Positions 30,749-41,164 of a stretch of DNA of 64,000 nucleotides are shown piece after piece. Under the pieces are notes generated by a model, which was not told the DNA's origin, searched no databases, and saw nothing but the letters and a program-made list of their open reading frames with translations. How positions within the stretch are numbered: the stretch's first letter is position 1; each line of letters begins with the position of its first letter. The stretch is from an uncultured bacterium (GTDB lineage: Bacteria > Zixibacteria > MSB-5A5 > GN15 > FEB-12): contig CBDVDR010000011.1 in assembly GCA_965372795.1 (NCBI GenBank), forward strand, positions 43,723-107,722, in the 5' to 3' direction. Both the position numbers and the translations under genes were made by a program.

Positions 30749-31546
30749 ATGTCAAAAAAAAACAAACCAATAGATTATTATTACAGTTCCGACACACCGT
30801 TCGCTAACGAGTTTCGAAGGCTGTTAGTTAAGATAATAAAAAGTGGCACCGGTTCTGATGAGAAATCTATTATGTTAACTTCGGCGATGCTCTCCGAAGG
30901 TAAATCTACAATTTGTTCTTTTCTTGGAATTACAGCTGCAAAGCAAAACGGATTAAAAACTTTAATAATTGATTCTGACCTCAGGAGACCATCAATTCAT
31001 CGTTTTTTTGATGTTGAGAGAAAACATGGTATATCAGACATTCTGGTTGATGGTTTTGCTGCGGTTGAAGCTGTTAAAAGAACTTCTATCGAAAAACTTG
31101 ATATCATAACTTCCGGTTCTTCTTATGCCCACCCGGCTGAAATTTTTGATGCTGAATCTATAGGATATATTATTGAGGAATTAAAATTCTATTATGATTT
31201 AATTTTGGTTGATGCTGCTCCATTGATGCCGGTATCTGATCCGCTACTATTAGCGACCAAAGTTGATAAAATCATATTAGTAGTCAAAGCCGGATCGACA
31301 GACAGGGAAGTAGTGATAAAATCAGCAGAGATTTTGAGCTCCAGCAGGGACAAAATATTGGGTGTCGTCATGAATAATATGTCAAATTCATTACCATATT
31401 ACTATGACTATCAATATTACGGGTATGATTATGCCCCTTCCAAGTCCTCTGAGAATGCACCATTGCCAAACCCTCAGACTATCCCCAAAAAAGCAAGGAC
31501 ACGAAAATTAAATTCTATTTCTATTGAAACCAAGAAATCAAAATAG
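30749..31546 (+). CDS. CpsD/CapB-family BY tyrosine kinase
   Basis: Walker A TSAMLSEGKST, IIDSDLRRP, ILVDAAP, Tyr cluster PYYYDYQYYGYDY. Confidence 0.92.
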   Translation: MSKKNKPIDYYYSSDTPFANEFRRLLVKIIKSGTGSDEKSIMLTSAMLSEGKSTICSFLGITAAKQNGLKTLIIDSDLRRPSIHRFFDVERKHGISDILVDGFAAVEAVKRTSIEKLDIITSGSSYAHPAEIFDAESIGYIIEELKFYYDLILVDAAPLMPVSDPLLLATKVDKIILVVKAGSTDREVVIKSAEILSSSRDKILGVVMNNMSNSLPYYYDYQYYGYDYAPSKSSENAPLPNPQTIPKKARTRKLNSISIETKKSK

Positions 31547-31558
31547 TCTCTTAAAAAA

Positions 31559-32431
31559 ATGGATACTCTTAAAAATTTAATAACAGTCGATTGCGAAGAA
31601 TGGTTTGTCGCAGAAGCTTTAAAAAGATATTTTACCCATAAGGACTGGGATAAACTACAATCAACAGTTGTTCGCAATTCTCGAAAACTACTTGATATGT
31701 TTTACCATCATAAAGTCAAAGCAACCTGGTTCATGCTTGGCTGGGTGGCAGACCGGCATGCCGATCTGGTTCAAGAAATAGCTTCGGAGGGTCATGAGAT
31801 TGCCTGTCACAGCTATTATCATCGCAAGATTGATACTCTGACTCCACAAGAATTTGAGGAGGATGTGAACATGGCTATAACAGCAATCTTAAAAGCAACC
31901 GGTATTAGACCGGTTGGTTTTAGAGCCCCAAGCTGGTCAATCAATCCTTCAAGCTCTTGGGCTTTTGATATAATGTCACGGCTTGGTTTTGAATATGACA
32001 GCTCGATCTTTCCAATAAAACATGATATCTATGGTATGCCAAAAGGTCCCCGAACAACATTCAAAATCAAAGTTGATAATGATAATACTCTTTTTGAAAT
32101 TCCAGCTTCAACTTATCGTTTTTTCGGAAAAAATATTCCAATAGCAGGTGGCGGATATTTGCGCCATTCACCATATTGGTATACTAAGATGATGATTAAT
32201 CGGGTTAATCGAAAGGGACAACCGGTGGTTGCTTATATTCATCCCTGGGAGCTTGATCCAGATCCTCCCCAAATTGACGGATTATCTAAAATCGAAACTA
32301 TCAGAATGTACGGATCAACTTCTCTGCTTGAGCATAAATTCGATCAACTTTTATCGGATTTTGAGTTTACTACTATGATTGACTATCTTCAAGATTTTAA
32401 GAAAAGACCTATCGGTTTCAACCGAGCCTGA
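31559..32431 (+). CDS. Polysaccharide deacetylase (PEP-CTERM-locus/DUF3473 type)
   Basis: TVDCEEW, GHEIACHSYYH, GFRAPSWS, GGGYLR, YIHPWELDP. Confidence 0.9.
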   Translation: MDTLKNLITVDCEEWFVAEALKRYFTHKDWDKLQSTVVRNSRKLLDMFYHHKVKATWFMLGWVADRHADLVQEIASEGHEIACHSYYHRKIDTLTPQEFEEDVNMAITAILKATGIRPVGFRAPSWSINPSSSWAFDIMSRLGFEYDSSIFPIKHDIYGMPKGPRTTFKIKVDNDNTLFEIPASTYRFFGKNIPIAGGGYLRHSPYWYTKMMINRVNRKGQPVVAYIHPWELDPDPPQIDGLSKIETIRMYGSTSLLEHKFDQLLSDFEFTTMIDYLQDFKKRPIGFNRA

Positions 32432-32559
32432 TTCTCTATAAATCTCCTTAAATCTATCTTCGTAATCAGTTGTTTTTTTTAATTAGTTGTTGACTATAAG
32501 GGTATAAAGTTAAAACTTATAGCGGGAACAAGCGTGATAAATTTTTAAGGAGTTTAAAC

Positions 32560-33240
32560 ATGAGAAGATTTCTCGTAATTCTATTAATTTGCACAGTAAT
32601 GGCACCGGCTGTTTTTGCCAGAAAACCTAAAGACAAGGCTGGTAAGGTAACAGATATGGTCTATAAGGACAAAAAACTTAATTTTTCCATAACATTGGAT
32701 GATGGTTGGAAATATTCCATACAGAAGAATAAAAGCAAATACAGATTTATACTGGTTAAGAAAAATTACGATATCCCCTCAGATTATATTGATGCTCCGG
32801 ATTATACTATGATTCCCCGAATTACTCTTTGGGTTGATACGACATCTATGTCACCTTTTGTGTTTATTGATTCACTTTTAAGCCCGACTTATAAATCAAA
32901 ACAAAAAAACAATTTATATAAAGAATTTGATATCTTAAATGATAATATTTCTGAACAGGGAAGTATTCGTGAAAGACTGATTACCCGAAAGAAAAAAGCT
33001 TTTGAAATCGGTAAGAATAAAGCTCTGCGATGGAGTGGACAGATGAAATACCGTAAAGAGGTTGCGACGTCTTCTTCGTCAATCGGAGGTAAGCGTGTCA
33101 TCGGAGCCTATGGCGGATCATTGATTGCCGTAAAAAATGGTGATACGATCTATATGTTCCACATGATTTGCGAATGGAATTATTTTGATGCTCTTGTAGC
33201 TGAGATGACTAGAATTGTTCAAACGATTAAATTTGAATAA
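32560..33240 (+). CDS. Exported hypothetical protein, possibly PsbP-like fold
   Basis: Signal peptide; YKDKKLNFSITLDDGWK and C-terminal IVQTIKF pattern; AAGGAG RBS. Confidence 0.6.
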   Translation: MRRFLVILLICTVMAPAVFARKPKDKAGKVTDMVYKDKKLNFSITLDDGWKYSIQKNKSKYRFILVKKNYDIPSDYIDAPDYTMIPRITLWVDTTSMSPFVFIDSLLSPTYKSKQKNNLYKEFDILNDNISEQGSIRERLITRKKKAFEIGKNKALRWSGQMKYRKEVATSSSSIGGKRVIGAYGGSLIAVKNGDTIYMFHMICEWNYFDALVAEMTRIVQTIKFE

Positions 33241-33316
33241 AATTTCAAATGTGATGTTGTTCAAATAAATTATTATTATTCTAAGGATGGAAAATAGATG
33301 ATTAACCGGAGGAACC

Positions 33317-33682
33317 ATGTGGATTGTTAGAGCGATACTGATCGCCATTGTAATTATTTGTGTTGTTGCATTTGCATTTTACAATGTCGGTCCGGGCAAT
33401 GAAGTTGATGTAAATTTGATTTATGTTACATTTACCAATGTTCCTATGGTAACGGTAGTATTCTGGTCTTTTGTAGCTGGTATATTAGTATCATTGTTTT
33501 TATTCATTTCGATTTATATAAAACTTTCCGTTCAGCTACGTACATCTAATAAAAGAGTACAAGCATTGGAGGGAGAAGTTACAGTTTTAAGAAACCGTCC
33601 GATTGAAGAGTCGGTCGAACTACTAAAAGGGGCTGACAGCAATGGTGCTGACATCGAGTCACCTTTTAAAAAGAGCGAGTAA
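33317..33682 (+). CDS. lapA: LapA-family membrane protein
   Basis: Two TM segments plus coiled coil; upstream of LapB-like gene. Confidence 0.75.
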   Translation: MWIVRAILIAIVIICVVAFAFYNVGPGNEVDVNLIYVTFTNVPMVTVVFWSFVAGILVSLFLFISIYIKLSVQLRTSNKRVQALEGEVTVLRNRPIEESVELLKGADSNGADIESPFKKSE

Positions 33683-33684
33683 GT

Positions 33685-34770
33685 ATGTTTAATTATGTCT
33701 TAATATTTTTATTTCTGTTTGCTGTTTCTATTTTGTTCTACCTTTTATATGAACGATTTGTTAAAACAGATAAAAAAAGCGATTCGGCTTTATATGTTGA
33801 AGCCTTAAAAGATCTTCTTGATGGGAAACATGAATCCGCATTTACAAAACTTCGTCAGGTAGTTGCCGAGGATTCAACTAATATTGATGCTTATTTGAGA
33901 TTGGGTCAAATTTTACGGGAATATAATAAACCGGATCGGGCAATTCAGGTTCACAAAGATCTAACGCTGCGTTCAAATCTAACTAATCGTGAGAAAGAAG
34001 AGATTCTTAAACAATTATTCCAGAACTATTCTGCTCTAAATGATTTTGATATGGCTCATGCAGCTTTAAAAGAACTTATTACTATCAATTCTGAGAATAA
34101 GTGGGCTTTTGTAAGTCTTCTGAAACTGCTTGAAAAACAGCAAAAATGGGATGAAGCTTATAATACTGCTGCAAAATTATTAAAACTCGAATCAAATAAA
34201 TCGAAAAAACCTCTGGCTGTTTTCAAATTCCATCTTGCAAAAGATCTTCATAAAAAACGTGAATTTCATAAAGCCAGGATTATGTACAAAGAATCAATTG
34301 GTCTGGACCCTGCCTACGTGCCGGCTTATCTGGCAATCGGAGATTCTTATTATGAAGAAAACCGTTTTGAAGATGCGGTTAACTACTGGAATAAACTGAT
34401 TGATGCTGTTCCCTCTGAGGGACACCTTGTCATTGAACGCCTAAAGAAAACCCTGTTTGATTTAGGCCGATTTGGTGATTTAGCCGAAATCTGTCATAAC
34501 ATTTTAGAACACTCACCCAAAAATATTGAAGCCCGGTTTATGCTGGCTGAATTTTATGAAAAAAAGGGCGAACTTGACAGATCAGAGCAGATGCTTAATA
34601 CAATTTTTGATGACTATCCTGACAATACCAGGGTGACATTAGAACTCATCCGCCTGTATCTTGAAAAAGACGACACTCGTAAAATTCGTGACCTTTTAAA
34701 AGTAATTGAAGGTAAACGTGACAGACAGAAAGATAATGTCGGTGATTCAAGTCTTGTCGGTACCGGTTAA
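33685..34770 (+). CDS. lapB: LapB-like TPR protein lacking the rubredoxin domain
   Basis: N-terminal TM; AYLRLGQILR..DRAIQVHKDL; TPRs. Confidence 0.7.
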   Translation: MFNYVLIFLFLFAVSILFYLLYERFVKTDKKSDSALYVEALKDLLDGKHESAFTKLRQVVAEDSTNIDAYLRLGQILREYNKPDRAIQVHKDLTLRSNLTNREKEEILKQLFQNYSALNDFDMAHAALKELITINSENKWAFVSLLKLLEKQQKWDEAYNTAAKLLKLESNKSKKPLAVFKFHLAKDLHKKREFHKARIMYKESIGLDPAYVPAYLAIGDSYYEENRFEDAVNYWNKLIDAVPSEGHLVIERLKKTLFDLGRFGDLAEICHNILEHSPKNIEARFMLAEFYEKKGELDRSEQMLNTIFDDYPDNTRVTLELIRLYLEKDDTRKIRDLLKVIEGKRDRQKDNVGDSSLVGTG

Positions 34771-34791
34771 ATATTTAATGTAACTTCATTG

Positions 34792-35790
34792 ATGAAAAAT
34801 ATTATTACTAATTTTATTATTTTGGTTTTGGTCTTTTCCACAAACCTGTACGCTCAGAATATTTATACGCTTATAAACAAAGGTAAACTGAAAGAAGCTT
34901 CAGATTCTTTATCAAATTTATCAACTGCTTCATTGCGTGATGGTAACCATTTGTTTTTTCAGGGGCTGATTGAAGAAAATGCTGATGACGCTGCCCGTAA
35001 ATTTGAAGCAGCTTTAAAAGCCTCGGTTTCACCGATATATCAACAGGAAATATATCTAAGATTGGCAAGCTATTATTTTCTTAAAGAAAACTACCCAAAA
35101 CTCAATAGAATCTTAGCTGATTACAAATCGAAATGGGAAAATGGCAAATACCTTCAACAGATGATGCGTTTTTCTATAATTGTTGATCAACAAAGAAATG
35201 AATATGAAAATGCCATCAAACAGGCTGACAGATACTTATTAATGTTTTCAAAAGGGGATGCTTATCAACAGGGAGTAATCGATAAAGCCCAGACGATGAT
35301 TAGTAATAATAAAAGAATTGGGGCTGACAATCTATTAAAGAAAATTGCCCGTGAAAAAAAAGGAATCGGCGTTCCGCAATCTTTATATATTCGGGCTAAT
35401 GAAGCTATTCGTACCAAACGAATTGATGATGCCGTCTTTTTCTATAACCTTCTAAGAGAAAGTTATCCTTCTGCTGTTGGACTTGATGCTATTATAAATA
35501 GTATGATGAATGTTTCTACTTCAGAAACTGCGGATGACCGCGCAGAAAAATTTACCGATACATTTTATTCGATTCAGGTAGGCGTTTTCTCTAAAAAGGG
35601 AAATGCAAAAAAACAAGCATCTATTTTTGACTCTTACGGACAAAAGATTGAAATAAGAGGAAAGAAAATATCTAATAAAAAGTACCATGTTGTTTACGTA
35701 GGTAAATTCAAGACCTTTGCCGAAGCTTCTATGTTTAAAAATAAACTGGAAATAAATCATAACGATGTGTATCAGGTAATTGCTCGATGA
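34792..35790 (+). CDS. Exported TPR-like plus SPOR domain protein
   Basis: Signal peptide; C-term YSIQVGVFSKKGNA..YHVVYVGKF. Confidence 0.85.
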   Translation: MKNIITNFIILVLVFSTNLYAQNIYTLINKGKLKEASDSLSNLSTASLRDGNHLFFQGLIEENADDAARKFEAALKASVSPIYQQEIYLRLASYYFLKENYPKLNRILADYKSKWENGKYLQQMMRFSIIVDQQRNEYENAIKQADRYLLMFSKGDAYQQGVIDKAQTMISNNKRIGADNLLKKIAREKKGIGVPQSLYIRANEAIRTKRIDDAVFFYNLLRESYPSAVGLDAIINSMMNVSTSETADDRAEKFTDTFYSIQVGVFSKKGNAKKQASIFDSYGQKIEIRGKKISNKKYHVVYVGKFKTFAEASMFKNKLEINHNDVYQVIAR

Positions 35791-38384
35791 GTTCGATGCA
35801 AGATAAAGACAAAACAACTCCCTTAATGAAACAGTTCTACGCTGTTAAAGAACAACATCCCGATAAAATTCTGTTTTTCCGAATGGGCGACTTTTATGAA
35901 ATGTTTGGCGATGATGCCATCAAAGCTGCTCCCATTTTAGGAATATCTCTGACATCACGTTCTCATGGCAATTCGGAAAGAATTCCACTTGCCGGAGTCC
36001 CATACCATGCCGCCGATAAATATCTGGCGAAGATGCTTAAGCATGGAGAAAAAGTCGTCATCGTTGAACAGGTTGAAGATCCAAAAACTGCCAAAGGATT
36101 AGTTAAAAGAGAAGTCGTTGAAATTCTCACCCCGGGAACTGCTACGATTGACAGTCCCGAACTTAATGACCAGCAACTCTGTCTTGCCGCTATTTATGAA
36201 ACCAATGGAAAGAGACTTGGACTGGCTTCTTTAGATTTATCAACCGGACTGTTTATGATTGATGAGGGTGAATCAGATGAAATCCTCGAACGGTTGCGGG
36301 TTTTAGAACCTTCTGAAACTTTGTATCCTCTTGATGAAGGCAACGAAGAATCGAAACTTGCAAAAAAACTCGAACTTATAAATAATCTGACAGCTTTTGA
36401 AAATTGGAACTTTGATTATAAAACTGCCGAAAGAGAACTTAATCAACATTTTGGTACTTCGACTCTTGACGGTTTTGGAGTTGGAGACAATCGTTTAGGG
36501 ATTGCGGCCGCCGGTGCCATTCTTAGATATTTAAAAGAAAACCATCGCCTGCAACTCGATCATATTAAGAAAATATCATGTTTTGATTCTGCCGAACAGA
36601 TGACCCTTGATTACAGCACCGTTCGAAATCTTGAGTTAGTTAAAAATATTGCAACTTCAACTGAAGAAAACTCACTGTTTTCAGTAATCAATCATTGCCA
36701 TACCGCCGCCGGAGCAAGACGCCTGAAGCAATCTTTATTACGACCCTTTATTTCAAAAGTACAAATTGAAAGAAGATTAGGCGGAGTTGCAGAATTAGTT
36801 ACTAATCGCAATCTCTGTTTTGACATTAGGGATAAGACAAAAACTCTCCCTGATCTGGAACGACTCGCCGGACGATTAGGAATTGGCAAGTTGAATCCCC
36901 GCCAAATGAACGCTGTTAAAGATGCTTTAATTATTGCAAACCACCTTAAAGAAATATTACTGTCGGCACATAGCCCGCTCTTGGGTAACTTATGCGGCAA
37001 TTTGCCTAAATGCGATGAAGTGATCTTACAAATTGAAACTGCTCTTATAGAGGATCCTCCTCTGGTTATGAACAAGGGGAATATTTTTAAAAGAGGTTAC
37101 TCAAACGATCTTGATAATCTGAACGATTCAATCAAAGATGCCCGGTTGTATATCGGTTCCCTTCAGGAGAAAGAAAGAAAACGCACCGGGATTCATACGC
37201 TCAAGGTCGGGTATAATAAAGTTTTTGGATATTTTTTAGAGATTACCAAAGCCAATGCTGATAAAGCTCCTGATGAGTATATTCGCAAACAGACTTTAGT
37301 TAATGCCGAGCGATATATAACTCCTGAGCTGAAAGAGAAAGAAGAGTTGATTTTTTCTGCTGAAGAAAAAATATTTAAACTAGAAGCAGAACTGTATCTG
37401 AAATTATCAGAAACATTAAATAAAAATATTGGCGATATCTTATCAACTGCTCATATCCTTGCCGAAATCGACCTGATATCTTCATTATCAGAACTGGCTG
37501 TCAACGAAAGCTACTGCCGTCCGGAAATATTTGAGGATACTCGCTTAACTATTGAAGGAAGCCGTCATCCGGTAATTGAATCGGTTATTCCAGCCGGATC
37601 GTTTGTGTCCAATGATGTTTATCTCTCTGAACAGGATTCGATCCACATTCTTACCGGTCCGAATATGTCGGGTAAATCAACTTATCTCCGTCAGGTAGGA
37701 CTGATTGTTATCTTAGCTCAAATTGGATCATTTGTACCGGCATCCAAAGCAGAGATCGGTTTGGTTGACAGGGTCTTTACCCGAGTTGGGGCGCTTGATA
37801 ATCTTGCCCGGGGACAATCGACATTTCTGGTTGAAATGGTCGAAACGGCAAATATTTTAAATAACGCCACTGAACGATCATTGGTGCTTCTTGATGAAGT
37901 CGGTCGGGGGACATCCACCTTTGACGGTTTATCAATTGCCTGGGCGGTTGTCGAACATATTGAAGAAAAGTCTCATTCCCGAACTATATTTGCGACCCAT
38001 TATCATGAGCTAACCGGAATGGCTGAGTTGTACAGTCGGGTCAAAAATTATCAGGTTGCAGTTAAAAAATGGGAAGACAAAGTAATCTTTCTGCACCAGA
38101 TAATTCCCGGCGGGTGTGATGATTCCTATGGCATAGAAGTTGCGAAACTTGCCGGACTACCCAGAATTTCTATAAATCGCGCCAAGCAGATATTAAGACT
38201 GTTAGAATCAGGAAAATTCAATCAAAGTGAACTTGGCAAAGGTATATATAAAGAAAAGATGCAGCCAACCCTGTTTGATCGCCAGCCATCGGAAGTAGAA
38301 AATATTATTGGTGAAATTGATTTGGACAACTTAACCCCGATGGAAGCTTTCAATCTGTTGAAAGAATTAAAAGAGAAACTCTAA
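35787..38384 (+). CDS. mutS: DNA mismatch repair protein MutS
   Basis: FRMGDFYEMF, TGPNMSGKSTYLRQ, DEVGRGTST. Confidence 0.98.
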   Translation: MSSMQDKDKTTPLMKQFYAVKEQHPDKILFFRMGDFYEMFGDDAIKAAPILGISLTSRSHGNSERIPLAGVPYHAADKYLAKMLKHGEKVVIVEQVEDPKTAKGLVKREVVEILTPGTATIDSPELNDQQLCLAAIYETNGKRLGLASLDLSTGLFMIDEGESDEILERLRVLEPSETLYPLDEGNEESKLAKKLELINNLTAFENWNFDYKTAERELNQHFGTSTLDGFGVGDNRLGIAAAGAILRYLKENHRLQLDHIKKISCFDSAEQMTLDYSTVRNLELVKNIATSTEENSLFSVINHCHTAAGARRLKQSLLRPFISKVQIERRLGGVAELVTNRNLCFDIRDKTKTLPDLERLAGRLGIGKLNPRQMNAVKDALIIANHLKEILLSAHSPLLGNLCGNLPKCDEVILQIETALIEDPPLVMNKGNIFKRGYSNDLDNLNDSIKDARLYIGSLQEKERKRTGIHTLKVGYNKVFGYFLEITKANADKAPDEYIRKQTLVNAERYITPELKEKEELIFSAEEKIFKLEAELYLKLSETLNKNIGDILSTAHILAEIDLISSLSELAVNESYCRPEIFEDTRLTIEGSRHPVIESVIPAGSFVSNDVYLSEQDSIHILTGPNMSGKSTYLRQVGLIVILAQIGSFVPASKAEIGLVDRVFTRVGALDNLARGQSTFLVEMVETANILNNATERSLVLLDEVGRGTSTFDGLSIAWAVVEHIEEKSHSRTIFATHYHELTGMAELYSRVKNYQVAVKKWEDKVIFLHQIIPGGCDDSYGIEVAKLAGLPRISINRAKQILRLLESGKFNQSELGKGIYKEKMQPTLFDRQPSEVENIIGEIDLDNLTPMEAFNLLKELKEKL

Positions 38385-40249
38385 TGGTAGATATCGAAAA
38401 CAAATTGAAAAAACGATGGATTCGCCCCTTACCCAAGCAGGTTATAAATAAAATAGCTGCCGGTGAGGTTGTCGACCGTCCCGCATCAGTAGTCAAAGAG
38501 TTAGTTGAAAACTCAATCGATTCCGGTGCTGACCGGATTGAAATTATAATCGAAAAATCCGGCGGGAAAGTTATAAAAATTATCGACAATGGCTGTGGTA
38601 TTGCAGAAGACCAGATGGAAATTGCTTTCTCACGCCATGCGACTTCGAAAATTTCAAATTTCAAAGACCTCGACACTTTAGATTCTTATGGTTTCAGGGG
38701 AGAGGCTCTGCCTTCGATAGCCTCTGTTTCAAGAATGCGAATGATTTCAAGGCCTCATGATGCTTCTTCGGGTTTTGAGCTTATCTATGAAGGGGGCGTG
38801 TTGCAGTCATTTAATCCGGTTCCGGCTCAACCCGGAACAACCATTGAGATAGAAAACCTTTTTTATAACACCCCGGCAAGAAGAAAATTTTTAAAATCCG
38901 AAGCAACCGAATCAAGGCATATCTCTCGAACTGCCACAGCCATGGCGATTGGAAGATTTGATCTTGGATTTTCATACAAATTAAACGGTCGAAACATGTT
39001 TTCACTGCCGGCAAAGGGCACTTTAGGCGAAAGAGTAACTTCGATTCTGGCGCCCAATCAAAAGTTTGTTCCGGTAGAGTTTGAGAACCAACTTATTAAA
39101 ATAAATGGTTTTATCGGTCTTCCTGAAATGGCACAGCGTAACCGTAATGGGTTTTATCTGTTTATCAATAACCGGTTTATTCAATCACCCACTATTTCGC
39201 ACGGAGTATCTTCCGGTTACGGCGAACTGCTCCCCGGCGGACGTTTCCCGATTGGGGCGTTGCTTGTAACTGTGAATCCTGAAGAGGTTGATGTCAATGT
39301 TCATCCGACTAAAATAGAAGTCCGTCTTTCCCGGGAAAGAGAAATTCATGATCTTGTCCATAAGGCTGTAAAAGAATCTCTTCGCCGTGATGGAATAATT
39401 CCTGTTTTTAAAACTTCCTCTCCGTCACCATCCGGCTTTTCGGGCAACCAAAATTATCCGTCAAATTCTGACAGTCGCAATCGAAGTCAGGCTACAATTC
39501 CGGGGATATATTCCAAGCCTGTCTATGATAAATCTTTTATGAATGATCTGTACAAAACTCCTGTAAATCCAATATCTGAACCAGGGGTCGAAGGGGAAAA
39601 TCACTCATCTTCAATAGTTAATGTTGATACAAAAACCGGTGAAATTATTGAAACTGTAACGGTCTCTGAAGGTCCCAGCACCGGTTTCAAATTGATAGGC
39701 AGATTTTCAGATCTGTATCTATTATTACAAGCCGGGGAAGATTTATATATCGTTGATCAACATACTGCTCATGAACGGGTTCTGTATGAGGAAATTTTAA
39801 AACGTATTGACCAGCAATCAATAAACAGTCAACAGCTTCTTTTCCCTGAACAATTTGAACTTAGCCCGGAACAGCTTGGAGTTTTTGAAGAATCAGAAGA
39901 ATTATTAAAAAATTCAGGTTTTATAGTTGAAGGATTCGGGGGAAGAACGATCAAAGTTGAAGCCCTTCCGGCTATTTTAGCCAAAAAATCGGCTGAGAAA
40001 CTTATGTTAAAAGTTCTTGATGATATCGCCTCTCTTACCAAAACAGGTCTTGATCTGAAAAAAGCGATGGCACAATCAATCGCCTGTCGGGCGGCTGTTA
40101 TGTCGGGTGATAAAATGAGCGATCAGGAAGCTGTGCACTTGATGCACCAATTACTCCAATGTGATAATAAATATTCCTGCCCTCATGGCAGACCAACCTT
40201 TATTCGACTGACTCGAACCGATCTGGACAAACAGTTTGGTAGAATTTAA
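38384..40249 (+). CDS. mutL: DNA mismatch repair endonuclease MutL
   Basis: IAAGEVV, GFRGEAL, endonuclease motif DQHTAHERVLYE, CPHGRP. Confidence 0.98.
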   Translation: MVDIENKLKKRWIRPLPKQVINKIAAGEVVDRPASVVKELVENSIDSGADRIEIIIEKSGGKVIKIIDNGCGIAEDQMEIAFSRHATSKISNFKDLDTLDSYGFRGEALPSIASVSRMRMISRPHDASSGFELIYEGGVLQSFNPVPAQPGTTIEIENLFYNTPARRKFLKSEATESRHISRTATAMAIGRFDLGFSYKLNGRNMFSLPAKGTLGERVTSILAPNQKFVPVEFENQLIKINGFIGLPEMAQRNRNGFYLFINNRFIQSPTISHGVSSGYGELLPGGRFPIGALLVTVNPEEVDVNVHPTKIEVRLSREREIHDLVHKAVKESLRRDGIIPVFKTSSPSPSGFSGNQNYPSNSDSRNRSQATIPGIYSKPVYDKSFMNDLYKTPVNPISEPGVEGENHSSSIVNVDTKTGEIIETVTVSEGPSTGFKLIGRFSDLYLLLQAGEDLYIVDQHTAHERVLYEEILKRIDQQSINSQQLLFPEQFELSPEQLGVFEESEELLKNSGFIVEGFGGRTIKVEALPAILAKKSAEKLMLKVLDDIASLTKTGLDLKKAMAQSIACRAAVMSGDKMSDQEAVHLMHQLLQCDNKYSCPHGRPTFIRLTRTDLDKQFGRI

Positions 40250-41147
40250 ATCAAAACCGATTCAGATTATCTGTGGACCGACAGCCTCAGGGAAATCTAT
40301 AATTGCTAAACAACTGGCCAAGAAATATCCGATTGAAATAGTCTCTGCCGATTCTCGTCAAATTATTAAGCATCTTGAAATAGGCACTGCTAAGCCGACC
40401 AAAGAAGAACAACAACAGGTCAAACACCACTTAATCGATATTATTGAGCCCGGGGAAAGATACTCAGCCTTCAGGTTTATTAATGATGCCAACCGTTCTA
40501 TTGCTGACATAATTTCAAGAGATAAGATTCCTTTAGTTGTTGGCGGTACCGGATTATATCTGAATGCTTTGACCGACGGGGTTGTTGAAATTCTATCTGA
40601 AGATATGTCAATCCGCCAGAAGCTTGAAGATGAAATGGAGCAGTCGGGCGAAGAAGCGATGTTTGCCAAGCTGAAATCAATTGACCCTCTTGAGGCGGCT
40701 AAAACTCATCCCAATAATAAAGTGCGAGTCATTCGAGGACTCGAAATATTTTATCTGACCGGAAAAACAAAATCAGAATTGGTGACAACCTCGACTTACA
40801 AAAAGAGCCTTTATAAATTCGAATATCATTGTCTGATACCAGACCGGGAATTTTTATACGATTCTATAAACAAGCGGGTCGACGTGATGATCGAAAAAGG
40901 GTGGCTAATTGAGATTGAGCAGTTGGTCTCAAACGGCTTGGCTGAAAAACTTAGAAAGGCTAATGTTATTGGTTATAATGAGCTCCTTGACTACCATGAA
41001 GATAAGATTTCCTTCGAAGAAGCTATAAGTATAATCAAACAAAATACTCGTAGATTTGCCAAGAGGCAGATCACATGGTTTAAAAATCAGATAAAAGGAA
41101 ATTTTTACAATAATTTATCAGAAATTCCTGATTTATTTGTTGAATAG
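40236..41147 (+). CDS. miaA: tRNA dimethylallyltransferase
   Basis: GPTASGKS, SADSRQ, IGTAKP, GGTGLY, FAKRQITWF. Confidence 0.97.
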   Translation: MVEFKSKPIQIICGPTASGKSIIAKQLAKKYPIEIVSADSRQIIKHLEIGTAKPTKEEQQQVKHHLIDIIEPGERYSAFRFINDANRSIADIISRDKIPLVVGGTGLYLNALTDGVVEILSEDMSIRQKLEDEMEQSGEEAMFAKLKSIDPLEAAKTHPNNKVRVIRGLEIFYLTGKTKSELVTTSTYKKSLYKFEYHCLIPDREFLYDSINKRVDVMIEKGWLIEIEQLVSNGLAEKLRKANVIGYNELLDYHEDKISFEEAISIIKQNTRRFAKRQITWFKNQIKGNFYNNLSEIPDLFVE

Positions 41148-41164
41148 TAGCGACTTCTTTTATA

